Below, piece after piece: positions 35,298 through 49,274 of a stretch of DNA of 64,000 nucleotides. Source of the DNA: Eledone cirrhosa (Eukaryota); NCBI GenBank assembly GCA_964016885.1, contig OZ024764.1, forward strand, positions 24,552,001 to 24,616,000. Direction: 5' to 3'. How positions within the stretch are numbered: position 1 is the first letter of the stretch; each line of letters opens with the position of its first letter. A program made the position numbers and the translations under genes. A model generated the notes under the pieces. The model saw only the letters and a program-made list of their open reading frames with translations, did no database searches and was not told the DNA's origin.

Positions 35298-38200
35298 TTG
35301 GTAGAGGGTGTGACATCATACTAGGGTGGTGGAGTGACAGTATAGGTAGAGGGTGTGACACCATACTAGGGTGGTAGATTGGTAGTATAGGTAGAGGGTG
35401 TGACACCATACTAGGGTGGTAGATTGGTAGTATAGGTAGAGGGTGTGATACCATACTAGGGTGGTAGATTGGTAGTATAGGTAGAGGGTGTGACACCATA
35501 CTAGGGTGGTGGATTGGTAGTATAGGTAGAGGGTGTGACACCATACTAGGGTGGTGGATTGGTAGTATAGGTAGAGGGTGTGATACCATACTAGGGTGGT
35601 AGATTGGTAGTATAGGTAGAGGGTGTGACACCATACTAGGGTGGTGGATTGGTAGTATAGGTAGAGGGTGTGACACCATACTAGGGTGGTGGATTGGTAG
35701 TATAGGTAGAGGGTGTGACACCATACTAGGGTGGTGGATTGGTAGTATAGGTAGAGGGTGTGACACCATACTAGGGTGGTGGATTGGTAGTATAGGTAGA
35801 GGGTGTGACACCATACTAGGGTGGTAGATTGGTAGTATAGGTAGAGGGTGTGACACCATACTAGGGTGGTGGAGTGACAGTATTGGTAGAGGGTGTGACA
35901 CCTTACTAGGATGGTGGATTGGTAGTATAGGTAGAGGGTGTGACACCATACTAGGGTGGTGGAGTGACAGTATTGGTAGAGGGTGTGACACCTTACTAGG
36001 ATGGTGGATTGGTAGTATAGGTAGAGGGTGTGACACCATACTAGGGTGGTAGATTGGTAGTATAGGTAGAGGGTGTGACACCATACTAGGGTGGTGGAGT
36101 GACAGTATAGGTAGAGGGTGTGACACCATACTAGGGTGGTAGATTGGTAGTATAGGTAGAGGGTGTGACACCATACTAGGGTGGTGGAGTGACAGTATAG
36201 GTAGAGGGTGTGACACCATACTAGGGTGGTGGATTGGTAGTATAGGTAGAGGGTGTGACACCATACTAGGGTGGTAGATTGGTAGTATAGGTAGAGGGTG
36301 TGACACCATACTAGGGTGGTAGATTGGTAGTATAGGTAGAGGGTGTGACACCATACTAGGGTGGTAGATTGGTAGTATAGGTAGAGGGTGTGACACCATA
36401 CTAGGGTGGTGGAGTGACTATTGGTAGAGGGTGTGACACCTTACTAGGATGGTGGATTGGTAGTATAGGTAGAGGGTGTGACACCATACTAGGGTGGTGG
36501 ATTGGTAGTATAGGTAGAGGGTGTGACACCATACTAGGGTGGTGGATTGGTAGTATAGGTAGAGGGTGTGACACCATACTAGGGTGGTAGATTGGTAGTA
36601 TAGGTAGAGGGTGTGACACCATACTAGGGTGGTGGATTGGTAGTATGGGTAGAGGGTGTGACACCATACTAGGGTGGTGGATTGGTAGTATAGGTAGAGG
36701 GTGTGACACCATACTAGGGTGGTGGATTGGTAGTATAGGTAGAGGGTGTGACACCATACTAGGGTGGTGGATTGGTAGTATAGGTAGAGGGTGTGACACC
36801 ATACTAGGGTGGTGGATTGGTAGTATAGGTAGAGGGTGTGATACCATACTAGGGTGGTGGATTGGTAGTATAGGTAGAGGGTGTGACACCATACTAGGGT
36901 GGTGGATTGGTAGTATAGGTAGAGGGTGTGACACCATACTAGGGTGGTAGATTGGTAGTATAGGTAGAGGGTGTGACACCATACTAGGGTGGTAGATTGG
37001 TAGTATAGGTAGAGGGTGTGACACCATACTAGGGTGGTGGATTGGTAGTATAGGTAGAGAGTGTGACACCATACTAGGGTGGTGGATTGGTAGTATAGGT
37101 AGAGGGTGTGACACCTTACTAGGGTGGTGGATTGGTAGTATAGGTAGAGGGTGTGACACCATACTAGGGTGGTGGATTGGTAGTATAGGTAGAGGGTGTG
37201 ACACCATACTAGGGTGGTGGATTGGTAGTATAGGTAGAGGGTGTGACACCATACTAGGGTGGTGGATTGGTAGTATAGGGAGAGGGTGTGACACCATACT
37301 AGGGTGGTGGATTGGTAGTATAGGTAGAGGGTGTGACACCATACTAGGGTGGTGGATTGGTAGTATAGGTAGAGGGTGTGACACCATACTAGGGTGGTAG
37401 ATTGGTAGTATAGGTAGAGGGTGTGACACCATACTAGGGTGGTGGATTGGTAGTATAGGTAGAGGGTGTGACACCAAACTAGGGTGGTGGATTGGTAGTA
37501 TAGGTAGAGAGTGTGACACCATACTAGGGTGGTGGATTGGTAGTATAGGTAGAGGGTGTGACACCTTACTAGGGTGGTGGATTGGTAGTATAGGTAGAGG
37601 GTGTGACACCATACTAGGGTGGTGGATTGGTAGTATAGGTAGAGGGTGTGAAACCATACTAGGGTGGTGGATTGGTAGTATAGGTAGAGGGTGTGACACC
37701 ATACTAGGGTGGTAGATTGGTAGTATAGGTAGAGGGTGTGACACCATACTAGGGTGGTAGATTGGTAGTATAGGTAGAGGGTGTGACACCATACTAGGGT
37801 GGTGGATTGGTAGTATAGGTAGAGGGTGTGACACCATACTAGGGTGGTGGATTGGTAGTATAGGTAGAGGGTGTGACACCATACTAGGGTGGTGGAGTGA
37901 CAGTATTGGTAGAGGGTGTGACACCATACTAGGGTGGTGGAGTGACAGTATAGGTAGAGGGTGTGACACCATACTAGGGTGGTAGATTGGTAGTATTGGT
38001 AGAGGGTGTGACACCATACTAGGGTGGTAGATTGGTAGTATAGGTAGAGGGTGTGACACCATACTAGGGTGGTAGATTGGTAGTATAGGTAGAGGGTGTG
38101 ACACCATACTAGGGTGGTGGATTGGTAGTATAGGTAGAGGGTGTGACACCTTACTAGGGTGGTGGATTGGTAGTATTGGTAGAGGGTGTGACACCTTACT

Positions 38201-41200
38201 AGGGTGGTAGATTGACAGTATAGGTAGAGGGTGTGACACCATACTAGGGTGGTGGAGTGACAGTATAGGTAGAGGGTGTGACACCATACTAGGGTGGTGG
38301 ATTGGTAGTATAGGTAGAGGGTGTGACACCATACTAGGGTGGTAGATTGACAGTATAGGTAGAGGGTGTGACACCTTACTAGGGTGGTGGAGTGACAGTA
38401 TAGGTAGAGGGTGTGACACCATACTAGGGTGGTAGATTGGTAGTATAGGTAGAGGGTGTGACACCATACTAGGGTGGTAGATTGGTAGTATAGGTAGAGG
38501 GTGTGACACCATACTAGGGTGGTAGATTGACAGTATAGGTAGAGGGTGTGACACCTTACTAGGGTGGTAGATTGGTAGTATAGGTAGAGGGTGTGACACC
38601 ATACTAGGGTGGTGGAGTGACTGTATAGGTAGAGGGTGTGACACCATACTAGGGTGGTGGATTGGTAGTATAGGTAGAGGGTGTGACACCAAACTAGGGT
38701 GGTGGAGTGACAGTATAGGTAGAGGGTGTGACACCATACTAGGGTGGTGGATTGGTAGTATAGGTAGAGGGTGTGACACCATACTAGGGTGGTAGATTGA
38801 CAGTATAGGTAGAGGGTGTGACACCAAACTAGGGTGGTGGATTGGTAGTATAGGTAGAGGGTGTGACACCATACTAGGGTCGTGGATTGGTAGTATAGGT
38901 AGAGGGTGTGACACCATACTAGGGTGGTAGATTGACAGTATAGGTAGAGGGTGTGACACCAAACTAGGGTGGTGGATTGGTAGTATAGGTAGAGGGTGTG
39001 ACACCTTACTAAGGTGGTGGATTGGTAGAGGGTGTGACACCATACTAGGGTGGTGGATTGGTAGTATAGGTAGAGGGTGTGACACCTTACTAGGGTGGTG
39101 GAGTGACAGTATAGGTAGAGGGTGTGACACCATACTAGGGTGGTGGATTGGTAGTATAGGTAGAGGGTGTGACACCTTACTAGGGTGGTGGAGTGACAGT
39201 ATAGGTAGAGGGTGTGACACCATACTAGGGTGGTGGATTGGTAGTATAGGTAGAGGGTGTGACACCATACTAGGGTGGTGGATTGACAGTATAGGTAGAG
39301 GGTGTGACACCTTACTAGGGTGGTAGATTGACAGTATAGGTAGAGGGTGTGACACCATACTAGGGTGGTAGATTGGTAGTATAGGTAGAGGGTGTGACAC
39401 CTTACTAGGGTGGTAGATTGGTAGTATAGGTAGAGGGTGTGACACCATACTAGGGTGGTGGATTGGTAGTATAGGTAGAGAGTGTGACACCATACTAAGG
39501 TGGTGGATTGGTAGTATAGGTAGAGGGTGTGACACCTTACTAGGGTGGTGGATTGGTAGTATAGGTAGAGGGTGTGACACCATACTAGGGTGGTGGATTG
39601 GTAGTATAGGTAGAGGGTGTGACACCATACTAGGGTGGTGGATTGGTAGTATAGGTAGAGGGTGTGACACCATACTAGGGTGGTAGATTGGTAGTATAGG
39701 TAGAGGGTGTGACACCATACTAGGGTGGTGGAGTGACAGTATTGGTAGAGGGTGTGACACCATACTAGGTTGGTAGATTGGTAGTATTGGTAGAGGGTGT
39801 GACACCATACTAGGGTGGTAGATTGGTAGTATAGGTAGAGGGTGTGACACCATACTAGGGTGGTGGATTGGTAGTATAGGTAGAGGGTGTGACACCATAC
39901 TAGGGTGGTGGAGTGACAGTATTGGTAGAGGGTGTGACACCATACTAGGGTGGTGGAGTGACAGTATAGGTAGAGGGTGTGACACCATACTAGGTTGGTA
40001 GATTGGTAGTATTGGTAGAGGGTGTGACACCATACTAGGGTGGTAGATTGGTAGTATAGGTAGAGGGTGTGACACCATACTAGGGTGGTAGATTGGTAGT
40101 ATAGGTAGAGGGTGTGACACCATACTAGGGTGGTAGATTGACAGTATTGGTAGAGGGTGTGACACCATACTAGGGTGGTGGATTGACAGTATAGGTAGAG
40201 GGTGTGACACCATACTAGGGTGGTAGATTGGTAGTATAGGTAGAGGGTGTGACACCTTACTAGGGTGGTAGATTGACAGTATAGGTAGAGGGTGTGACAC
40301 CATACTAGGGTGGTGGAGTGACAGTATAGGTAGAAGGTGTGACACCATACTAGGGTGGTGGATTGGTAGTATAGGTAGAGGGTGTGACACCATACTAGGG
40401 TGGTGGATTGACAGTATAGGTAGAGGGTGTGACACCATACTAGGGTGGTAGATTGACAGTATTGGTAGAGGGTGTGACACCATACTAGGGTGGTAGATTG
40501 ACAGTATAGGTAGAGGGTGTGACACCATACTAGGGTGGTAGATTGGTAGTATAGGTAGAGGGTGTGACACCTTACTAGGGTGGTGGATTGGTAGTATAGG
40601 TAGAGGGTGTGACACCTTACTAGGGTGGTGGATTGGTAGAGTGTGTGACACCATACTAGGGTGGTGGATTGGTAGAGGGTGTGACACCATACTAGGGTGG
40701 TAGATTGACAGTATTGGTAGAGGGTGTGACACCATACTAGGGTGGTAGATTGGTAGTATAGGTAGAGGGTGTGACACCTTACTAGGGTGGTGGATTGGTA
40801 GAGGGTGTGACACCTTACTAGGGTGGTGGAGTGACAGTATAGGTAGAGGGTGTGACACCATACTAGGGTGGTGGAGTGACAGTATAGGTAGAGGGTGTGA
40901 CACCATACTAGGGTGGTAGATTGGTAGTATAGGTAGAGGATGTGACACCATACTAGGGTGGTAGATTGGTAGTATAGGTAGAGGGTGTGACACCATACTA
41001 GGGTGGTGGATTGGTAGTATAGGTAGAGGGTGTGACACCATACTAGGGTGGTGGATTGGTAGTATAGGTAGAGGGTGTGACACCATACTAGGGTGGTAGA
41101 TTGGTAGTATAGGTAGAGGATGTGACACCATACTAGGGTGGTAGATTGGTAGTATAGGTAGAGGGTGTGACACCATACTAGGGTGGTGGATTGGTAGTAT

Positions 41201-44200
41201 AGGTAGAGGGTGTGACACCATACTAGGGTGGTGGATTGGTAGTATAGGTAGAGGGTGTGACACCATACTAGGGTGGTGGAGTGACAGTATTGGTAGAGGG
41301 TGTGACACCATACTAGGGTGGTGGAGTGACAGTATAGGTAGAGGGTGTGACACCATACTAGGGTGGTGGATTGGTAGTATAGGTAGAGGGTGTGACACCT
41401 TACTAGGGCGGTGGATTGGTAGTATTGGTAGAGGGTGTGACACCATACTAGGGTGGTAGATTGACAGTATAGGTAGAGGGTGTGACACCTTACTAGGGTG
41501 GTGGAGTGACAGTATAGGTAGAGGGTGTGACACCATACTAGGGTGGTGGAGTGACAGTATAGGTAGAGGGTGTGACACCATACTAGGGTGGTGGATTGGT
41601 AGTATAGGTAGAGGGTGTGACACCATACTAGGGTGGTGGATTGGTAGTATAGGTAGAGGGTGTGACACCTTACTAGGGTGGTAGATTGACAGTATAGGTA
41701 GAGGGTGTGACACCATACTAGGGTGGTGGAGTGACAGTATAGGTAGAGGGTGTGACACCTTACTAGGGTGGTGGAGTGACAGTATAGGTAGAGGGTGTGA
41801 CACCATACTAGGGTGGTGGATTGGTAGTATAGGTAGAGGGTGTGACACCTTACTAGGGTGGTAGATTGACAGTATAGGTAGAGGGTGTGACACCTTACTA
41901 GGGTGGTGGAGTGACAGTATAGGTAGAGGGTGTGACACCATACTAGGGTGGTAGATTGACAGTATAGGTAGAGGGTGTGACACCAAACTAGGGTGGTGGA
42001 TTGGTAGTATAGGTAGAGGGTGTGACACCATACTAGGTTTGTGGATTGGTAGTATAGGTAGAGGGTGTGACACCAAACTAGGGTGGTGGATTGGTAGTAT
42101 AGGTAGAGGGTGTGACACCTTACTAGGGTGGTGGATTGGTAGAGGGTGTGACACCTTACTAAGGTGGTGGATTGGTAGAGGGTGTGACACCATACTAGGG
42201 TGGTGGATTGGTAGTATAGGTAGAGGGTGTGACACCTTACTAGGGTGGTGGAGTGACAGTATAGGTAGAGGGTGTGACACCATACTAGGGTGGTGGATTG
42301 GTAGTATTGGTAGAGGGTGTGACACCATACTAGGGTGGTGGATTGGTAGTATAGGTAGAGGGTGTGACACCATACTAGGGTGGTGGATTGACAGTATAGG
42401 TAGAGGGTGTGACACCATACTAGGGTGGTAGATTGGTAGTATAGGTAGAGGGTGTGACACCTTACTAGGGTGGTAGATTGACAGTATAGGTAGAGGGTGT
42501 GACACCATACTAGGGTGGTAGATTGACAGTATAGGTAGAGGGTGTGACACCATACTAGGGTGGTGGATTGGTAGTATAGGTAGAGGGTGTGACACCTTAC
42601 TAGGGTGGTGGAGTGACAGTATAGGTAGAGGGTGTGACACCATACTAGGGTGGTGGATTGGTAGTATTGGTAGAGGGTGTGACACCATACTAGGGCGGTG
42701 GATTGGTAGTATAGGTAGAGGGTGTGACACCATACTAGTGTGGTGGATTGACAGTATAGGTAGAGGGTGTGATACCTTACTAGGGTGGTAGATTGACAGT
42801 ATTGGTAGAGGGTGTGACACCATACTAGGGTGGTGGATTGACAGTATAGGTAGAGGGTGTGACACCTTACTAGGGTGGTAGATTGACAGTATAGGTAGAG
42901 GGTGTGACACCTTACTAGGGTGGTAGATTGGTAGTATATGTAGGGGGTGTGACACCATACTAGGGTGGTAGATTGGTAGTATAGGTAGAGGGTGTGACAC
43001 CATACTAGGGTGGTGGATTGGTAGTATAGGTAGAGAGTGTGACACCATACTAGGGTGGTGGATTGGTAGTATAGGTAGAGGGTGTGACACCTTACTAGGG
43101 TGGTGGATTGGTAGTATAGGTAGAGGGTGTGACACCATACTAGGGTGGTGGATTGGTAGTATAGGTAGAGGGTGTGACACCATACTAGGGTGGTGGATTG
43201 GTAGTATAGGTAGAGGGTGTGACACCATACTAGGGTGGTAGATTGGTAGTATAGGTAGAGGGTGTGACACCATACTAGGGTGGTAGATTGGTAGTATAGG
43301 TAGAGGGTGTGACACCATACTAGGGTGGTAGATTGGTAGTATAGGTAGAGGGTGTGACACCATACTAGGGTGGTAGATTGACAGTATTGGTAGAGGGTGT
43401 GACACCATACTAGGGTGGTGGAGTGACAGTATAGGTAGAGGGTGTGACACCATACTAGGGTGGTAGATTGGTAGTATAGGTAGAGGGTGTGACACCTTAC
43501 TAGGGTGGTGGATTGGTAGTATAGGTAGAGGGTGTGACACCTTACTAGGGTGGTGGATTGGTAGAGGGTGTGACACCATACTAGGGTGGTGGATTGGTAG
43601 AGGGTGTGACACCATACTAGGGTGGTAGATTGACAGTATTGGTAGAGGGTGTGACACCATACTAGGGTGGTAGATTGGTAGTATAGGTAGAGGGTGTGAC
43701 ACCTTACTAGGGTGGTGGATTGGTAGAGGGTGTGACACCTTACTAGGGTGGTGGAGTGACAGTATAGGTAGAGGGTGTGACACCATACTAGGGTGGTAGA
43801 TTGACAGTATTGGTAGAGGGTGTGACACCATACTAGGGTGGTAGATTGACAGTATAGGTAGAGGGTGTGACACCATACTAGGGTGGTAGATTGGTAGTAT
43901 AGGTAGAGGGTGTGACACCTTATTAGGGTGGTGGATTGGTAGTATAGGTAGAGGGTGTGACACCTTACTAGGGTGGTGGATTGGTAGAGGGTGTGACACC
44001 ATACTAGGGTGGTGGATTGGTAGAGGGTGTGACACCATACTAGGGTGGTAGATTGACAGTATTGGTAGAGGGTGTGACACCATACTAGGGTGGTAGATTG
44101 GTAGTATAGGTAGAGGGTGTGACACCTTACTAGGGTGGTGGATTGGTAGAGGGTGTGACACCTTACTAGGGTGGTGGAGTGACAGTATAGGTAGAGGGTG

Positions 44201-47200
44201 TGACACCATACTAGGGTGGTAGATTGGTAGTATAGGTAGAGGGTGTGACACCTTACTAGGGTGGTGGATTGGTAGTATAGGTAGAGGGTGTGACACCATA
44301 CTAGGGTGGTGGATTGGTAGTATTGGTAGAGGGTGTGACACCTTACTAGGGTGGTGGATTGGTAGTATTGGTAGAGGGTGTGACACCATACTAGGGTGGT
44401 AGATTGGTAGTATAGGTAGAGGGTGTGACACCATACTAGGGTGGTGGATTGGTAGTATAGGTAGAGGGTGTGACACCATACTAGGGTGGTGGATTGGTAG
44501 TATAGGTAGAGGGTGTGACACCATACTAGGGTGGTGGATTGGTAGTATAGGTAGAGGGTGTGACACCATACTAGGGTGGTGGAGTGACTGTATAGGTAGA
44601 GGGTGTGACACCATACTAGGGTGGTGGAGTGACAGTATTGGTAGAGGGTGTGACACCATACTAGGGTGGTGGATTGACAGTATAGGTAGAGGGTGTGACA
44701 CCTTACTAGGGTGGTAGATTGACAGTATTGGTAGAGGGTGTGACACCATACTAGGGTGGTATATTGACAGTATTGGTAGAGGGTGTGACACCATACTAGG
44801 GTGGTGGAGTGACAGTATAGGTAGAGGGTGTGACACCATACTAGGGTGGTGGAGTGACAGTATAGGTAGAGGGTGTGACACCATACTAGGGTGGTGGATT
44901 GGTAGTATAGGTAGAGGGTGTGACACCATACTAGGGTGGTGGATTGGTAGTATAGGTAGAGGGTGTGACACCATACTAGGGTGGTAGATTGGTAGTATAG
45001 GTAGAGGGTGTGACACCATACTAGGGTGGTGGATTGGTAGTATAGGTAGAGGGTGTGACACCATACTAGGGTGGTGGAGTGACAGTATAGGTAGAGGGTG
45101 TGACACCATACTAGGGTGGTGGATTGGTAGTATAGGTAGAGGGTGTGACACCATACTAGGGTGGTAGATTGGTAGTATAGGTAGAGGGTGTGACACCATA
45201 CTAGGGTGGTGGATTGGTAGTATAGGTAGAGGGTGTGACACCATACTAGGGTGGTGGATTGGTAGTATAGGTAGAGGGTGTGACACCTTACTAGGGTGGT
45301 GGAGTGACAGTATAGGTAGAGGGTGTGACACCATACTAGGGTGGTGGATTGGTAGTATAGGTAGAGGGTGTGACACCATACTAGGGTGGTGGATTGGTAG
45401 TATAGGTAGAGGGTGTGACACCTTACTAGGGTGGTGGAGTGACAGTATAGGTAGAGGGTGTGACACCATACTAGGGTGGTGGATTGGTAGTATAGGTAGA
45501 GGGTGTGACACCTTACTAGGGTGGTGGAGTGACAGTATAGGTAGAGGGTGTGACACCATACTAGGTGGTGGATTGGTAGTATAGCTAGAGGGTGTGACAC
45601 CATACTAGGGTGGTAGATTGACAGTATAGGTAGAGGGTGTGACACCATACTAGGGTGGTGGATTGGTAGTATAGGTAGAGGGTGTGACACCTTACTAGGG
45701 TGGTGGATTGGTAGTATAGGTAGAGGGTGTGACACCATACTAGGGTGGTGGAGTGACAGTATAGGTAGAGGGTGTGACACCATACTAGGGTGGTGGATTG
45801 GTAGTATAGGTAGAGGGTGTGACACCTTACTAGGGTGGTGGATTGGTAGTATAGGTAGAGGGTGTGACACCATACTAGGGTGGTGGAGTGACAGTATAGG
45901 TAGAGGGTGTGACACCATACTAGGGTGGTGGAGTGACAGTATAGGTAGAGGGTGTGACACCATACTAGGGTGGTGGATTGGTAGTATAGGTAGAGGGTGT
46001 GACACCATACTAGGGTGGTAGATTGGTAGTATAGGTAGAGGGTGTGACACCATACTAGGGTGGTAGATTGACAGTATAGGTAGAGGGTGTGACACCATAC
46101 TAGGGTGGTGGAGTGACAGTATAGGTAGAGGGTGTGACACCTTACTAGGGTGGTGGATTGGTAGTATAGGTAGAGGGTGTGACACCATACTAGGGTGGTA
46201 GATTGGTAGTATAGGTAGAGGGTGTGACACCATACTAGGGTGGTGGATTGGTAGTATAGGTAGAGGGTGTGACACCTTACTAGGGTGGTGGATTGGTAGT
46301 ATAGGTAGAGGGTGTGACACCATACTAGGGTGGTGGAGTGACAGTATAGGTAGAGGGTGTGACACCATACTAGGGTGGTAGATTGACAGTATAGGTAGAG
46401 GGTGTGACACCATACTAGGGTGGTAGATTGACAGTATAGGTAGAGGGTGTGACACCATACTAGGGTGGTGGATTGGTAGTATAGGTAGAGAGTGTGACAC
46501 CATACTAGGGTGGTAGATTGGTAGTATAGGTAGAGGGTGTGACACCATACTAGGGTGGTGGATTGGTAGTATAGGTAGAGGGTGTGACACCTTACTAGGG
46601 TGGTGGAGTGACAGTATAGGTAGAGGGTGTGACACCATACTAGGATGGTGGATTGGTAGTATAGGTAGAGGGTGTGACACCATACTAGGGTGGTGGATTG
46701 GTAGTATAGGTAGAGGGTGTGACACCATACTAGGGTGGTGGATTGGTAGTATAGGTAGAGGGTGTGACACCATACTAGGGTGGTGGAGTGACAGTATAGG
46801 TAGAGGGTGTGACACCTTACTAGGGTGGTAGATTGACAGTATAGGTAGAGGGTGTGACACCATACTAGGGTGGTGGATTGGTAGTATAGGTAGAGGGTGT
46901 GACACCATACTAGGGTGGTGGAGTGACAGTATAGGTAGAGGGTGTGACACCATACTAGGGTGGTGGATTGGTAGTATAGGTAGAGGGTGTGACACCATAC
47001 TAGGGTGGTGGAGTGACAGTATAGGTAGAGGGTGTGACACCATACTAGGGTGGTGGATTGGTAGTATAGGTAGAGGGTGTGACACCATACTAGGGTGGTG
47101 GATTGGTAGTATAGGTAGAGGGTGTGACACCTTACTAGGGTGGTGGATTGGTAGTATAGGTAGAGGGTGTGACACCATACTAGGGTGGTAGATTGACAGT

Positions 47201-47765
47201 ATAGGTAGAGGGTGTGACACCATACTAGGGTGGTGGATTGGTAGTATAGGTAGAGAGTGTGACACCATACTAGGGTGGTGGAGTGACTGTATAGGTAGAG
47301 GGTGTGACACCATACTAGGGTGGTGGATTGGTAGTATAGGTAGAGGGTGTGACACCATACTAGGGTGGTAGATTGGTAGTATAGGTAGAGGGTGTGACAC
47401 CATACTAGGGTGGTGGATTGGTAGTATAGGTAGAGGGTGTGACACCATACTAGGGCGGTGGATTGGTAGTATAGGTAGAGGGTGTGACACCATACTAGGG
47501 TGGTGGATTGGTAGTATAGGTAGAGGGTGTGACACCATACTAGGGTGGTGGATTGGTAGTATAGGTAGAGGGTGTGACACCAAACTAGGGTGGTGGATTG
47601 GTAGTATAGGTAGAGGGTGTGACACCATACTAGGGTGGTGGAGTGACAGTATAGGTAGAGGGTGTGACACCATACTAGGGTGGTGGATTGGTAGTATAGG
47701 TAGAGGGTGTGACACCATACTAGGGTGGTGGAGTGACAGTATAGGTAGAGGGTGTGACGTCATAC
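35298..47765 (+). repeat. 45-bp G-rich minisatellite (about 280 copies, with 36-bp deletion variants), derived from a SINE head
   Basis: Unit GGTAGAGGGTGTGACACCATACTAGGGTGGTGGATTGGTAGTATA; ends by joining a SINE tail near 47765. Confidence 0.95.
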
Positions 47766-48479
47766 TTGCGGGGTCTATAAAATAAAGTACCAGTAATACA
47801 CTGGGGTAATTGCTGGCCTTGTGCCAAAAGTAGAAACAATTATTCTATATTTACTTTGTACTTTCACAGTAAAAGCTTTATCTAACATAATTATCTCACA
47901 TAATATTGAATCCATGAGATTTTGATGTCATATATTTTGAGATCAATACCTCAATGTAACTGACCGCTAATACCTCAATGTAGGTATTAGTGGTCAGTTA
48001 CAGCTGGTTTGAACAGAAATAGGTGAGAGAGTTCTGACCAGATACGGCCGGTTTAAATGCTAAAGGGTTAAAAATGATTTTTAAATAATTAAAATATACA
48101 CAATCTACTCTGACACAACCACTATCTCTTTCTCTTTACCTCACACTCTCTCTCTCTGTTTATAAAGGTACCCAGTAAACCCCATATCTCAGGAATCCAT
48201 GCTCCGATTCATGCAAATCTTGTTTTATTCCATTTGTTTCCTCATTTCAGGGTCAACTTCCTTTCAAAGTATTTTCCCATTATGCGCCCTTTTGGATGTA
48301 TTACATTACAGACCAGCTAGCAATCAATCAGAGTTTTAGTAATATACTAGACCACCCGTGACCAGTTGCGTGACGTTCCCTTCAAAATATTTTTTTTAAA
48401 TCATGTTCACTTGAAACTAATTTTTAAATAGTTAAAATATACACAGACATGTATATAATGTGAAATGGAACTGGAAGGT

Positions 48480-48515
<36 letters not shown>

Positions 48516-48917
48516 GTGTGTGTATGTATATATATAAATGTGTCTGTATATATATATATATGTGTGGGTGTCTGATCTATATACACTGGTCATAGACACA
48601 CACACACACACATATATACATATATATATATACACAACAACACCACAAGCTCTCTCTCATTCTCTTTCTCCTCTCCGTCTCTCTATATCTCTCTTTCAAT
48701 CTACTCTCTCACAACCACTATCTCTTTCTCTCTATTTATGAAGGTACCCAGTAAACCCCCATATCTCGGGAACCTGTGCTCTGATTTACTTGTTTGATCC
48801 TATTTGTATTCCCATTTCAGGGTCAACCTCCTTTCAAAGTATTTTCCCATTATGCCCCCTTTTGGTTGTATTACATTACAGACAAGCTAGCAATCACAGA
48901 CTTTTAGTAATATATAT

Positions 48918-48948
<31 letters not shown>

Positions 48949-49274
48949 CTACAAATTTGTTCACTAGTAAAGGTACTATAAACTTTTGCATTAACAAACC
49001 ACATGTGACCTCATTTACAAGACATTCTTGAAAAGTACAAAACAACACTATGACTACCTCATGACATATTGAAGTCTGTACTATAATATAAATTTTCACA
49101 ACAATCTACCAGTTAAGATACTATAAACATTTGTATTAACAAACCACATGAAACCATATTAGGAAGACATTGTTGAAAAATACAAAATGACATGACTTCA
49201 TCCCATGAAATATTAAAGTCTTTACTATAAACTTGTGAAATACATATATACACATACATATCTTTCAAACTTTT

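Noticed and set aside
35233-47763. ORFs of 388, 3052 and 3781 aa (SHPLPILPIHHPSMV and WCHTLYLYYQSTTLV repeats)
   Set aside because: The 45-bp unit is a multiple of 3 and stop-free in two minus frames; frames swap at single indels; the array is intronic and SINE-derived
48240-48330. Candidate next WD40 exon after TTTCAG
   Set aside because: The required phase gives a non-WD peptide with an early stop, and the segment is duplicated
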